Source: an uncultured Ignavibacteriota bacterium (GTDB lineage: Bacteria > Bacteroidota > Ignavibacteria > UBA10030 > UBA8401). From it: a stretch of DNA of 49,347 bases. A model generated the notes under the pieces. The model saw nothing but the letters and a program-made list of their open reading frames with translations, searched no databases and had not been told where the DNA came from. Positions 25,048 through 35,670 of this stretch are shown piece after piece. The stretch lies in the NCBI GenBank assembly GCA_903958625.1, contig CAJBTU010000425.1, positions 1 through 49,347 of the forward strand, given 5' to 3'. Position 1 is the first letter of the stretch. The number at the start of each line of letters is the position of its first letter. The position numbers were made by a program, and so were the translations under genes.

Positions 25048-26399
25048 TGCAGCAGGAATCTCTAAAACGCGATCTCTCTTTCACCCAGGCCGTAGCGCTC
25101 AATATGATCGACATGGTCGGCATCGGTCCGTTCGTTGTGCTCCCGCTTGTCATCGGCATTATGGGAGGTCCTCAGCATATCGCCGCCTGGATTGCCGGAG
25201 CAATTCTGGCACTGATCGACGGATTCATCTGGGCGGAATTTGGTGCAGCAATGCCGAAGGCCGGCGGAAGTTATGTTTTTCTTCGTGAATCGTTCGGTCC
25301 GCGATGGGGAAAACTGATGTCCTTCCTCTTTATCTGGCAAACAATGATTCAGGCGCCGCTTGTGATTGCTTCCGGATCGATCGGTTTTGCTCAATATCTC
25401 TCCTATCTTCTCCCACTCGACGATGTCACACGGCGCGTTGCTTCCGGCACATTAGTTATCGTCTTAACATTTATTTTATACCGTAAGATCTCCACCATCG
25501 GAAAGATCTCCGTTGCATTGTGGATCGGCGTTATGGGAACAATGGCGTGGTTCATCATCGGCGGACTTTCTCATTTCGACCCGAAACTGGCATTTAGTTA
25601 TCCGGATGGAGCATGGGATTTCACGTGGGCATTTTGGGTTGCGCTTGGTCAAGGGACGGTAAAAACAATGTATTCATATCTCGGCTATTATAATGTGAAT
25701 CATCTTGGCGGCGAGATCAAGAATCCCGAAAAGAATATCCCCCGTGCAATTTTTATTTCGATTATCGGTATCGCATTTATTTATCTTGCAATGCAGTTTG
25801 CGGTCATCGGCGTCATACCATGGCAGGAAGCAAAAGATTCACAATTTATTGTCAGCACGCTCATCGAACGGCTGTACGGAACTGCAGCTGCGGCCGTTGC
25901 AACAGTGCTCGTTCTTTGGATCGCGTTTGCTTCGTTGTTCGCAGTGATGCTGGGATATTCAAGAATTCCATATGCAGCGGCATTGGACGGAAATTTCTTT
26001 TCCGTTATGGGAAAAATTCATCCGACCAAAAAATTTCCGCACATTTCTTTATTATGGCTTGGAGGTGCGGCTTTTGTCTTCAGTCTGTTGTTCCGGTTGA
26101 GTGATGTGATCAGCGCGATACTTGCAATGAGAATACTTGTTCAATTCATCGGCGGTGCGGTTGGGGTTATGATACTGAGGAATCGAATCGGCAAAGAGCA
26201 TCTCCCCTTCAAGATGTGGTTGTATCCACTTCCTGCATTGATCGCCATTGTTCTCTGGTTCTCCATTATGCTCTCAACGGGATGGAAATTTGCACTTTCA
26301 GGATTAGGGATGACGCTGCTGGGAATAATTGTCTATTTCATCAGAGAACAACTACAAAAAAAAATTGATTTCCCATCAGTGCTAAGAAAGAATTTATGA
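25047..26399 (+). CDS. APC-superfamily amino acid permease
   Basis: MIDMVGIGPF, AEFGAAMPKAGGSY, GEIKNPEKNIPRA, about 12 TMs; start at the TAATG overlap. Confidence 0.9.
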   Translation: MQQESLKRDLSFTQAVALNMIDMVGIGPFVVLPLVIGIMGGPQHIAAWIAGAILALIDGFIWAEFGAAMPKAGGSYVFLRESFGPRWGKLMSFLFIWQTMIQAPLVIASGSIGFAQYLSYLLPLDDVTRRVASGTLVIVLTFILYRKISTIGKISVALWIGVMGTMAWFIIGGLSHFDPKLAFSYPDGAWDFTWAFWVALGQGTVKTMYSYLGYYNVNHLGGEIKNPEKNIPRAIFISIIGIAFIYLAMQFAVIGVIPWQEAKDSQFIVSTLIERLYGTAAAAVATVLVLWIAFASLFAVMLGYSRIPYAAALDGNFFSVMGKIHPTKKFPHISLLWLGGAAFVFSLLFRLSDVISAILAMRILVQFIGGAVGVMILRNRIGKEHLPFKMWLYPLPALIAIVLWFSIMLSTGWKFALSGLGMTLLGIIVYFIREQLQKKIDFPSVLRKNL

Positions 26400-27956
26400 T
26401 TACTCCTCTGTAATCATAAATTCTTTCTCCTTCGGTCTCCGCTCATCATACATTCTGTTCAATGCGGTCAGCGCAGACTGGTTTCCCCGTTGTGCTGCTT
26501 TCCGATAGAAGTATACCGCCTGAGTATAATTGATGGGGACGAGAATTCCTTTTTCATAACAATATCCGAGTGCAGTCTGAGCAAGCACTGAACCCTGTTC
26601 GGAATATTTCTGAAGTTCTTCAAACGACCGCTTAGCATCGGTAATCGTTCCGTCAAATACTTCCGCTACGGCAGCGCGTATCTTTCCTTCTGTGTTACCG
26701 CGGTCAGCTGCATACTTCCAGAATTCCTTTGCCTTCTTTTTGTCCGCTTTCACCCATTGGCCCTGCGAATAACAATTTCCAAGATCTAGAACGGCCGGGA
26801 TGTAGGAAGTGGAAACAGCGATCTGCAGGAACTGAAGCGCCTGTTCATCGGTCAACGATCCGGACAATCCCAATGCATGCAATGACGAGATCACATACAA
26901 TGCATCAGGTACGTTTTTCCCCGCTTGCTGATTGAATACCGTCTGAATATTCTTTTCATTGATCAGCCTCCACAATAACGCCGGAGCACGACGAGAGTCA
27001 AGGCGAATTGCGCGGATATAATACACTGCCGCCTGTAGTTTGTCCTTCTTTACGCCGATGCCCCGCTCATAACATCTGGCAACAATGGTCATAGCTTCCG
27101 GATTACCGATGTCAGAGGCCTGTTTGATAAGAGAAAACCCGGTGGAATCCGTCTGCACACTGTCACTCAAAATCTTGGATACGCCAAGGGTGTTCCGCAG
27201 TTCTTCATTCCCTTCGTTGAAGAGTTCTTTCAAGAGGGTCAGATCGTCGACCTGCACTGTTTTGTCATCCTCAAATTCGAGCAGAATGGGTTGAATAATT
27301 TGCGGTGAAGGCTGTTGGGATTTACCTGATTTTGAAGCGACCGGTTTCGCTTTGACCGAATCTTTTTCCGGTACTTTCGCACCATTGAGTCCCCGTTTGT
27401 CAAGTTCAGCTAATACATCCTTAGCAGGATCATAATTCTGATCGGCAGATTTTTTTATCCATTCGTACGCTAAAGGATAATTTTTCGGTACAACAAGATT
27501 ATCCGTGTAAAAAAGCCCCAGCACATACTCTCCTTCACGCATCTCTTTGTCTGCTGCAAACTGAAAATACCGATACGCGGCAAACGGATTCCAGTCAACT
27601 CCCCAGCCGTTGTTCAAAAATATTCCGTAATTGAATTTTGCCAGAATATAGTCCTGATCGGCGGCTTTTTTCATCCATTGTGCCGCTTTCACTGTGTCAA
27701 ACGAGAATCCTTTTCCGGTAAGGTACCGCAGGCTGAGTTCATGTTGAGAAGGTGCGTCCCCTGCATTCGCATTCCGCATCAGTTGGAATCCTTCCCACAA
27801 TTGGTAGGTAACGTCGGATTGCCGTATCTCCAGAATCCTGAATGGAGAGCTTTTCGTTTTGAAGGCCTTGCTCTCTTTATTCTGGAATGAAAAAAGCGGC
27901 AGTGTTGCACAATATAACAGGATGATAATCGTTCTATAGACAGGTGATGGTATCAT
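26400..27956 (-). CDS. Exported Sel1-like repeat protein
   Basis: Repeated AQ...LG..Y..G.GV..D...A..W..KAA units; start reassigned to ATG 27956, which gives a signal peptide. Confidence 0.85.
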   Translation of the reverse strand: MIPSPVYRTIIILLYCATLPLFSFQNKESKAFKTKSSPFRILEIRQSDVTYQLWEGFQLMRNANAGDAPSQHELSLRYLTGKGFSFDTVKAAQWMKKAADQDYILAKFNYGIFLNNGWGVDWNPFAAYRYFQFAADKEMREGEYVLGLFYTDNLVVPKNYPLAYEWIKKSADQNYDPAKDVLAELDKRGLNGAKVPEKDSVKAKPVASKSGKSQQPSPQIIQPILLEFEDDKTVQVDDLTLLKELFNEGNEELRNTLGVSKILSDSVQTDSTGFSLIKQASDIGNPEAMTIVARCYERGIGVKKDKLQAAVYYIRAIRLDSRRAPALLWRLINEKNIQTVFNQQAGKNVPDALYVISSLHALGLSGSLTDEQALQFLQIAVSTSYIPAVLDLGNCYSQGQWVKADKKKAKEFWKYAADRGNTEGKIRAAVAEVFDGTITDAKRSFEELQKYSEQGSVLAQTALGYCYEKGILVPINYTQAVYFYRKAAQRGNQSALTALNRMYDERRPKEKEFMITEE

Positions 27957-28049
27957 GAATGAATTGTAAATGAATCTTTCCTCAATTACAACAACCTTTC
28001 GCATTTTACCCATAGTTTCGTTACTTTCTCGAACACAAAAGGATATTTT

Positions 28050-29843
28050 ATGAAACTGCTCTACTCATATCTCAAGAACTATTGGGAACTTGTACTTCTG
28101 GCATTGTTCCTTGCAACGGTCAACCAGACATTTTCACTGCTCGATCCGCTTGTCTTTCGCTATGTGATCGACAATTATGCAATGAAATTCAGTCACTATA
28201 CAACCGATCAATTCCTGCAAGGGGTGGTCGGCCTGCTGTTATTAGCCATGGGAGTTGCTTTCGTTTCACGCGTCGCTAAAAATTTTCAGGACTACTATAT
28301 CAACGTCATTGTTCAGCGTCTTGGGGCACAGATCTATTCTGACGGTCTTAAGCATTCTCTCGAACTGCCGTATTCTGTCTTTGAGGATCAACGGAGCGGC
28401 GAAACGCTCGGCAAGCTGCAAAAGGTCCGCTCCGATGTTGAGCGGCTCATCTCTGCGGCGATCAATATTCTCTTCACATCGCTGGTTGGAATTTTATTTG
28501 TAATGATCTATTCCCTTTCAGTCCACTGGTTTATTGCGCCGCTCTATTTCTCAACCGTACCTATTTTGGCATTCTTAAGTTCCACGCTCAGTAAAAAAAT
28601 TAAAAAGATCCAAAAAACGATCGTTGGTGAAACAACCGCGCTGGCTGGATCAACGACAGAATCATTGCGAAATATTGAACTGGTAAAAAGTCTTGGACTC
28701 GCACAACAGGAGATCGACCGTTTGAACACCACCACGCAGAAGATCCTTGCCCTGGAGCTCAAAAAAGTGAAGTACATCCGCGGACTGAGTTTCATTCAGG
28801 GAACATCCGTGAATTTCCTCCGTACGATGATTCTCTTCACCATGCTGTATTTGATCTTCACGCAGCAAATTTCCGTCGGACAGTTCTTCTCGCTGTGGAT
28901 CTATTCATTCTTCATTTTCGGACCGCTTCAGCAGCTCGGCGACATTATTAATATCTACCGTGAAGCAGAGGTTTCCCTAAACAATTTTGAGACAATACTC
29001 AATACTCCGAAAGAACCGAAACCGACCTCACCTGTTACGGTATCGAATGTGGAAACACTTGCCTTCAGCAAGGTTACCTTCCAGCATCAGTCCGCAAACA
29101 AATCAGCATTGAATGAAATTTCTTTCAAGACGAAGATCGGTGAAACGATTGCATTCGTCGGACCTTCCGGTGCCGGAAAAACAACGCTCGTAAAGTTACT
29201 GGTGGGATTATACCGCCCGCAATCGGGAAAGATACTTTATAACGGAAAGAATTTCGACGAGATCAATTTCGATGTGTTACGGGAACGGATCGGTTTCGTC
29301 ACACAGGATACGCAGTTATTTTCCGGATCGATCCGGGAAAACCTTCTCTTCGTCAATCCGAAAGCATCCGATCAGGATTGTCTTGACGTTTTGAATAAAG
29401 CAGCCTGTCAATCGTTACTGGCGCGAGCGGACAAAGGACTTGATACGATCATCGGTGAAGGGGGCGTGAAGGTCTCCGGCGGCGAAAAGCAGCGCTTATC
29501 AATTGCCCGTGCACTGCTGCGCAATCCGAATTTGCTGGTATTCGATGAAGCGACTTCATCCCTCGATTCTCTAACGGAAGAAGAGATCAGCGAAACGATT
29601 CGCGGTATCTCCGACCGGAAAAACATGATCACGATACTGATAGCTCACCGGCTTTCAACGGTAATGCATGCCGATACGATCTTTGTATTGGAAAAAGGAA
29701 GTGTCGTGGAGTCCGGTTCACATGCGAAACTTGTTAAAGCGAAAGGATTGTATTATGCTATGTGGCGTCAACAGGTTGGAGAACAGACCAGCGGTATAAT
29801 AAAAACTGCCGTTAAAGCACGCAAATTATTAGACAAAAACTAA
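28050..29843 (+). CDS. ABC exporter, fused permease/ATPase (type IV, MdlB/MsbA-like)
   Basis: N-terminal TMD; GPSGAGKTT, VSGGEKQR, VFDEATSSLD, AHRLST. Confidence 0.93.
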   Translation: MKLLYSYLKNYWELVLLALFLATVNQTFSLLDPLVFRYVIDNYAMKFSHYTTDQFLQGVVGLLLLAMGVAFVSRVAKNFQDYYINVIVQRLGAQIYSDGLKHSLELPYSVFEDQRSGETLGKLQKVRSDVERLISAAINILFTSLVGILFVMIYSLSVHWFIAPLYFSTVPILAFLSSTLSKKIKKIQKTIVGETTALAGSTTESLRNIELVKSLGLAQQEIDRLNTTTQKILALELKKVKYIRGLSFIQGTSVNFLRTMILFTMLYLIFTQQISVGQFFSLWIYSFFIFGPLQQLGDIINIYREAEVSLNNFETILNTPKEPKPTSPVTVSNVETLAFSKVTFQHQSANKSALNEISFKTKIGETIAFVGPSGAGKTTLVKLLVGLYRPQSGKILYNGKNFDEINFDVLRERIGFVTQDTQLFSGSIRENLLFVNPKASDQDCLDVLNKAACQSLLARADKGLDTIIGEGGVKVSGGEKQRLSIARALLRNPNLLVFDEATSSLDSLTEEEISETIRGISDRKNMITILIAHRLSTVMHADTIFVLEKGSVVESGSHAKLVKAKGLYYAMWRQQVGEQTSGIIKTAVKARKLLDKN

Positions 29844-29896
29844 TTCACAATTATCTCTCCCCTCCTGAGAAGGTACTTGTGCAAAGGTAACAGCCT

Positions 29897-30571
29897 ATGG
29901 TAAAAAAACAATCACAAAAATCCGGAAAAACATCTGTTCGGGAAGCAGCTATTGATTGGAATAAAGAACTGCTTCCTCTCTTCAAAAAATACAAAGGCAA
30001 AAAACACCCGCTCCAATTCCAAAATCCATATCAGTTGATGGTAATGATCGTTCTTTCCGCCCGCGCTTCCGATGTCATGGTCAACAATCTGGCGCCGGAA
30101 TTTTTCAAACGCTATCCGACATTCGGTCGCCTTGCAAAAGCTACGCCTGCGGAACTGTTTCCGTTACTGCGGGTTCCCGGATTCAGAAAAAAGGCTGAGT
30201 GGATCATCGATATAGCTCAATCGGTTGAGAAGTTACCGGCCATACCGGCAACAATTGGTGAACTGACAAAATTGAAAGGATTCGGCAGAAAGTCTGCAAA
30301 TGTGTATATGAGTCAGATCGGTTTGCCGGCAGAAGGAGTGATCGTCGACCTGCATACGCTTCGCGTTGCACCGCGTTTAGGGATTGCCGCAGGAACAGAT
30401 CCCAAAAAGATCGAGCAAATGCTGATGGATTGTGTGCACAAAAAGAACTGGCATATTCTGGGTATGTCGCTAACGTATCTAGGAAGAGAAACGTGTAGAC
30501 CGACAGATCCAAAGTGCGAAGAGTGTTTGGTAAAAATAGTTTGTCTGTTCAATCAGCAGAAGAAAAAGTAA
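29897..30571 (+). CDS. nth: Endonuclease III (HhH-GPD DNA glycosylase with 4Fe-4S motif)
   Basis: LKGFGRKSANV (catalytic K), VDLH, C-X6-C-X2-C-X5-C (CRPTDPKCEECLVKIVC). Confidence 0.85.
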   Translation: MVKKQSQKSGKTSVREAAIDWNKELLPLFKKYKGKKHPLQFQNPYQLMVMIVLSARASDVMVNNLAPEFFKRYPTFGRLAKATPAELFPLLRVPGFRKKAEWIIDIAQSVEKLPAIPATIGELTKLKGFGRKSANVYMSQIGLPAEGVIVDLHTLRVAPRLGIAAGTDPKKIEQMLMDCVHKKNWHILGMSLTYLGRETCRPTDPKCEECLVKIVCLFNQQKKK

Positions 30572-31432
30572 CTACTTCCTCTGAGTTAAAAGAACACCTG
30601 CTATCGTAATAGTCCCACCAATCAGAAATGCGGCCGTTATCGGTTGATTCAAGAATATCACCGCTAAGATCGTCGTCAATATCGGCTGCGCGTTGGCAAA
30701 GACCGCGACTTTCGTTGTATCCATCCGTGCAAGAGTGTAAAACCAAAGTATGTATGAAACAACGGATGTTCCCAGACTGAGATACAAAATACCCCACCAA
30801 TTTTGTGTGGTGATCGTTGGAATACCAACGGATGCCATATAGTAAATCCCAATCGGCAGGAACATGATAGCTCCGCCTATCATTGATAATGCAGTGATAT
30901 GAAATGCACCGTATTTTTTTACCAGTTGCTTCCCTTGAATTGCAAATAAAGCCCATGAGATGACGGCAAAAAAGATCATCACATTACCATAAAAATAATC
31001 CGATGAAAAATCGATCCCTTTTTCGAACACAACAATGGAAATACCGGTGAATGCAACCATGACTCCAAGGATTTTTTTACGGGTCAGTGTTTCTTTCAGT
31101 ATGAAATACGACATGATCAGAACCAATGCCGGGGTCATTGCATAAAGCAGTGCACCATTGGAAGCAAGTGTGAATTTGATTCCGTAGAGGTACAGGAACT
31201 GATTTATCGGAACGGCAAGGAATGAAAGCCACAACAAATGTTTTATGTCTTTTCTTTCAACTTTTACGCGCTTCTCTCTCATCAGGAACAGAAACAGCAT
31301 AGCAAATAACGAAAAAAGATTCCGCAATAAAGTCAGAACGACAGGATGCACCTCCTGTGTGACCGTCTTAGCCACAAGGTGTGTTCCGGCCGCAAGCAAT
31401 TGCTGAAAGATGATGACGAAGTATATATTCAT
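30572..31432 (-). CDS. DMT/EamA family transporter
   Basis: Two EamA repeats, about 10 TMs; start reassigned to ATG 31432. Confidence 0.88.
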   Translation of the reverse strand: MNIYFVIIFQQLLAAGTHLVAKTVTQEVHPVVLTLLRNLFSLFAMLFLFLMREKRVKVERKDIKHLLWLSFLAVPINQFLYLYGIKFTLASNGALLYAMTPALVLIMSYFILKETLTRKKILGVMVAFTGISIVVFEKGIDFSSDYFYGNVMIFFAVISWALFAIQGKQLVKKYGAFHITALSMIGGAIMFLPIGIYYMASVGIPTITTQNWWGILYLSLGTSVVSYILWFYTLARMDTTKVAVFANAQPILTTILAVIFLNQPITAAFLIGGTITIAGVLLTQRK

Positions 31433-31554
31433 GAGTTTTTTGACCGTTCGATCACAAAAATCCACAGGTTTGGTTTCATTTCTTTCGTTCAGTAACTTTT
31501 GGTATATTCAACTACGATAATTTTTGCCTCAATATACTTTAACTTTACTTCACT

Positions 31555-34344
31555 ATGAAACGTAAAGAGACTCTTTTCTTAATCGATTCAATGGGTATCG
31601 CGTACAGAAGTTATTTCGCGTTCATCCAGAATCCTCTCATAAATTCCAAAGGTGAAAATACCAGCGCAATCTATGGTTTCGTGAATTATCTTAACAAAAT
31701 TCTCGATGAACATAAACCGGATCATATCGCCGCTGTCTTTGATACGGACAAACCGACATTCCGGCACATTGCCTACAAAGAGTATAAAGCAACCCGCAAC
31801 AAGATGCCCGATGAACTGGCTGCATCGCTTGGATACTTGAAGGATGTTGTGAAAGCGTTCAATGTTCCCGTTCTTGAATTGGATGGCTTCGAAGCGGACG
31901 ATATCATGGGTACATTGGCAAAACAAGCGGAGAAGGAAAATATCAATACATACCTTGTCACCTCGGATAAGGATTTTTTGCAGCTTGTGTCGAACCGGGT
32001 GAAAATCTACAGACCGGGTAAATTTGGAAGTGACGATGAGATTGTCGGTGAAGAAGGGGTCATGGAAAAATTCGGCGTAACCCCGGAACATGTCATCGAT
32101 ATGCTTGGTTTGATCGGCGATTCATCGGATAATGTTCCCGGCGTTCCGGGTGTAGGTCCTAAAACAGCTCTTCCGCTCGTCCTTAAATATAAAACTATCG
32201 AAAAGATCCTCGATAATATTGATAATATTCCGCAAAAAGGATTGCAGGAGAAACTTCGTACGCATAGGGAACTTGCCCTTCTCTCCAAACGGCTTGTCAC
32301 GATCGATATCAATGTTCCGATCAAGGTCGACATCCATCAGTTAATGGCAAAAGAGAAAGATATACCGGCGCTCATTAAACTGTACGACCAGTTGGAGTTC
32401 AAAACATTTGCGAAACGATTGAGAGAAAAAGAGAGCATTTCTATCGTTAAGGAAGAAATTGCTGAAGATGTTGTGCCGCAGCCGGAAATGCAGAACATCA
32501 CAACGGCTAAACACGATTACCGGATCATTAAAAAAGATGCGGAATATCTGAAATTCCTCGCTGAATTGAAAAAAGCGAAAGCGTTTGTCTTTGATACGGA
32601 GACCACTTCAACGGATGCATTGCGTGCCGAACTGGTTGGAATCGCCTTCTGTTTTCAGAAAGACATTGCCTATTATCTCCCGGTTATTGACAATGCCGTT
32701 CAAGCGGAAACCGCCGACTTATTCAGTGGAAAATCAGAAACAGCGCGCGAAGGTTTCCCGATCGACCGGATTGTGAAGGATCTGAAACCCGTTTTGGGGA
32801 ATGAAAAAGTAAAAAAATACGGTCAGAATATTAAATACGATTCTCTTGTCCTTGCCGCAAAAGGTTTCTCCGTGTTGGGCGTTTCGTTTGACACGATGAT
32901 CGCCGCATATGTGCTCCGTTCGGACCGTCAGCATTCGCTTGATGCCCTCGCCGCAGAACACCTGAATTACAAAATGGTCTCATTCGATGAACTGACAAAC
33001 GATGGAAAGAGAGACATACGCGAGATACCGGTCGATGAAGTAGGTAAATATTCCGCAGAGGACGCCCACATAACGATGCAGTTAGTTGATATTCTCCACG
33101 ATAAAGTCTCAACGGACGGTCTGAAAACGCTCTGCAATGAGATTGAGTTTCCGCTTATTGAAGTCCTGACGGATATGGAGATCAGCGGCGTGAAGATCGA
33201 CGTTCCGTTCCTTTCGACAATGTCCGGTGAGATCGGATTGACACTGGATGAACTCATAAAGAATATTTATAAACTTGCCGACGAGAAATTCAACATTAAT
33301 TCAACGCAGCAGCTCGCAAAGATTCTTTTTGAGAAATTGAAATTGCGCTCCGTGAAAAAGACAAAAACAGGATTTTCAACCGATGTTGCAGTGCTCGAAA
33401 TGTTACGCAGAGAACATCCCATTGTTGAGCATTTATTGGAATACCGTCAATTGCAGAAATTAAAATCGACCTATGTTGACGCACTTCCGAAACTGATCCA
33501 TCCCCTGACAGGGAAACTGCACACCTCCTTCAATCAGACTGTTGCGGCAACCGGACGCCTTTCGAGCAGTGATCCCAATCTGCAGAACATACCGATTCGC
33601 ACGGAATTGGGAAGAAAGATGCGCAAAGCGTTCATCCCTTCGGACAAAAAATCCCTCATCCTTTCTGCCGACTATTCCCAAATTGAACTGCGGATCATGG
33701 CGCACGTTTCCGGCGATGCAGGATTGATCGATGCATTTAACAACCACGAAGATATCCACTCTTCTACGGCTGCAAAGGTTTTCGGCGTCGATCAAAAGGA
33801 TATTACAAGGGAGATGCGGCGCAAAGCAAAAGAGGTGAATTTCGGTATCATGTACGGCATCGGTCCGTTCGGCTTAGCTTCGCGACTCGATATCTCACAA
33901 AGCGAAGCTAAAGAGATCATCCAAAAATATTTCGAGCGTTTCCCGAAAGTGAACCAGTATATTTCAGACACGATCGCTTCGGCACATTCGAACGGATTCG
34001 TTGAGACGTTAAAAGGAAGACGGCGGTATTTTCCGGATATCAACAACAAGAACCAAAACATCCGTTCGAATGCAGAACGGCAGTCGATCAATATGCCGAT
34101 CCAGGGAACAGCGGCAGATATGATCAAAATTGCAATGATCAATATTCACCGCGAACTCAAAGCCAAAACGCTGAAGAGTAAAATGGTGCTTCAGGTACAC
34201 GACGAACTGGTTTTTGACATAGCACAGGAAGAGGAATCTACTATGAGAAAGATTGTAGAGAAAGAAATGTGCGAAGCTATGCCGTTAGTCGTTCCGGTAG
34301 AAGTTGAGATCGGCTGCGGAAAGAATTGGCTGGAAGCGCATTAG
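31555..34344 (+). CDS. polA: DNA polymerase I
   Basis: 5'-3' exonuclease (FEADD, PGVPGVGPKTA), 3'-5' exonuclease DTETT and YSAEDA, motif A DYSQIELR, motif B RRKAKEVNFGIMYG, motif C VHDELV. Confidence 0.97.
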   Translation: MKRKETLFLIDSMGIAYRSYFAFIQNPLINSKGENTSAIYGFVNYLNKILDEHKPDHIAAVFDTDKPTFRHIAYKEYKATRNKMPDELAASLGYLKDVVKAFNVPVLELDGFEADDIMGTLAKQAEKENINTYLVTSDKDFLQLVSNRVKIYRPGKFGSDDEIVGEEGVMEKFGVTPEHVIDMLGLIGDSSDNVPGVPGVGPKTALPLVLKYKTIEKILDNIDNIPQKGLQEKLRTHRELALLSKRLVTIDINVPIKVDIHQLMAKEKDIPALIKLYDQLEFKTFAKRLREKESISIVKEEIAEDVVPQPEMQNITTAKHDYRIIKKDAEYLKFLAELKKAKAFVFDTETTSTDALRAELVGIAFCFQKDIAYYLPVIDNAVQAETADLFSGKSETAREGFPIDRIVKDLKPVLGNEKVKKYGQNIKYDSLVLAAKGFSVLGVSFDTMIAAYVLRSDRQHSLDALAAEHLNYKMVSFDELTNDGKRDIREIPVDEVGKYSAEDAHITMQLVDILHDKVSTDGLKTLCNEIEFPLIEVLTDMEISGVKIDVPFLSTMSGEIGLTLDELIKNIYKLADEKFNINSTQQLAKILFEKLKLRSVKKTKTGFSTDVAVLEMLRREHPIVEHLLEYRQLQKLKSTYVDALPKLIHPLTGKLHTSFNQTVAATGRLSSSDPNLQNIPIRTELGRKMRKAFIPSDKKSLILSADYSQIELRIMAHVSGDAGLIDAFNNHEDIHSSTAAKVFGVDQKDITREMRRKAKEVNFGIMYGIGPFGLASRLDISQSEAKEIIQKYFERFPKVNQYISDTIASAHSNGFVETLKGRRRYFPDINNKNQNIRSNAERQSINMPIQGTAADMIKIAMINIHRELKAKTLKSKMVLQVHDELVFDIAQEEESTMRKIVEKEMCEAMPLVVPVEVEIGCGKNWLEAH

Positions 34345-34367
34345 CATTGAACCGACGATTGTACCAA

Positions 34368-34407
34368 AACTAAAAACCCAAATCTTCTGTGATTTGGGTT
34401 TTTAGTT
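34368..34407. terminator. Bidirectional terminator between convergent genes
   Basis: 17-bp stem AACTAAAAACCCAAATC-6nt-GATTTGGGTTTTTAGTT. Confidence 0.8.
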
Positions 34408-34408
34408 C

Positions 34409-34930
34409 TTAACTGATTCTTTTCTCTTTTCTCCGGAACAGCATCAGCACACCAAAGAGAATAATGGCAACAGGCCAATATTGACTGATCGCTTCTTTCA
34501 CATCGCTGGGATACAGATAGCCGATCTCCGTCATCATAAATGCTATTCCCAGACCAATGAAGATCACTGCGGGAAGAAGAAGATGAAAATCTTTGAAATT
34601 GTACAGGAACAGCATCACAAATGCAAGACCGAATGCCATAAGAAATCCCGGCACATAGATATATGCTGAATTTTCGATCAGTTCATACTTTCCCAATAAG
34701 AGCAGTATCCCTGAAAAAAAACACAAACTACCGAAAAACAATGACTGGCGAACATTCGTTAAAAATGAACGGATCACCATAGCAGCCCCATAGGCGATCA
34801 GACCGAAGAGCAAGAGTGACGGTCCATCAATTCGAACGATGTGCAATTGGCGCAATAGTAAACCTACTCCAACGACAACAAGAATGATCCCAAAAAATGG
34901 TATACGATTGAGTTGTTGTTTATCCATCAT
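34409..34930 (-). CDS. Multi-TM membrane protein, LiaI/LiaF-TM-like
   Basis: GIILVVVGVGLLL and QYWPVAIILFG patterns; coupled to the PspC gene. Confidence 0.65.
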   Translation of the reverse strand: MMDKQQLNRIPFFGIILVVVGVGLLLRQLHIVRIDGPSLLLFGLIAYGAAMVIRSFLTNVRQSLFFGSLCFFSGILLLLGKYELIENSAYIYVPGFLMAFGLAFVMLFLYNFKDFHLLLPAVIFIGLGIAFMMTEIGYLYPSDVKEAISQYWPVAIILFGVLMLFRRKEKRIS

Positions 34931-35625
34931 GATACCCTCGCATTGAAGATATGGTCATACGGAACAATGATAGCGATCAACACATAGAGAACCAATCCTG
35001 CGCCGAAGGATGCAAGGCACAAAACAACATATAACATCCTGATCAGGCTGGAATCAATGCCAAAGTACTGCGCAAGTCCGCCGCACACACCAAAGATCTT
35101 TTTATCGGATGACGACCGGCGATATTGCCGGTACGATCGTGCCTGAGATGAATAATCCGATGATGTTGCCGACGGTTCCCCTTCTGTCGTTTCATTTTTG
35201 GTTTGTGTCTGGGTCTGACGGTAATAAATTATAGCCATGCCAAGAATGATCAACAATACTGGAAAGACATACTCAAAGGCATCTTCAAAAAAATTGAACA
35301 CATGAAAAATCTGCATATTCGCAAGAAGCGTTAATACCCCTATGACCACGAGAGCAATGCCAAACCAATTCCGTACCGTTTCATTTTTAGGAGAAGCTGG
35401 TGACGTTTGCTGCTCGACAGGAATATCTTGAATCATCAGCGGTTTTTTGGGAACGATAAATATAGCCGCAAGGTAAAGAACTACACCTGTTCCGCCGAAG
35501 AGTACCATCAAGATGAATAAAATGCGGATCACAATCGGATCGACGTCAAAATATTCTGCAACGCCGCCGCAAACACCCGCAAATACTTTATTGGTGCGCG
35601 AACGGTACAATTTTTGGTTGTTCAT
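34927..35625 (-). CDS. Protein with two PspC domains
   Basis: KLYRSRTNKVFAGVCGGVAEYF and RRSSSDKKIFGVCGGLAQYF. Confidence 0.88.
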   Translation of the reverse strand: MNNQKLYRSRTNKVFAGVCGGVAEYFDVDPIVIRILFILMVLFGGTGVVLYLAAIFIVPKKPLMIQDIPVEQQTSPASPKNETVRNWFGIALVVIGVLTLLANMQIFHVFNFFEDAFEYVFPVLLIILGMAIIYYRQTQTQTKNETTEGEPSATSSDYSSQARSYRQYRRSSSDKKIFGVCGGLAQYFGIDSSLIRMLYVVLCLASFGAGLVLYVLIAIIVPYDHIFNARVS

Positions 35626-35670
35626 TTTTGCTCCTTTGTCTGACTAAGATTGTTACGGCATTCCGGACAA

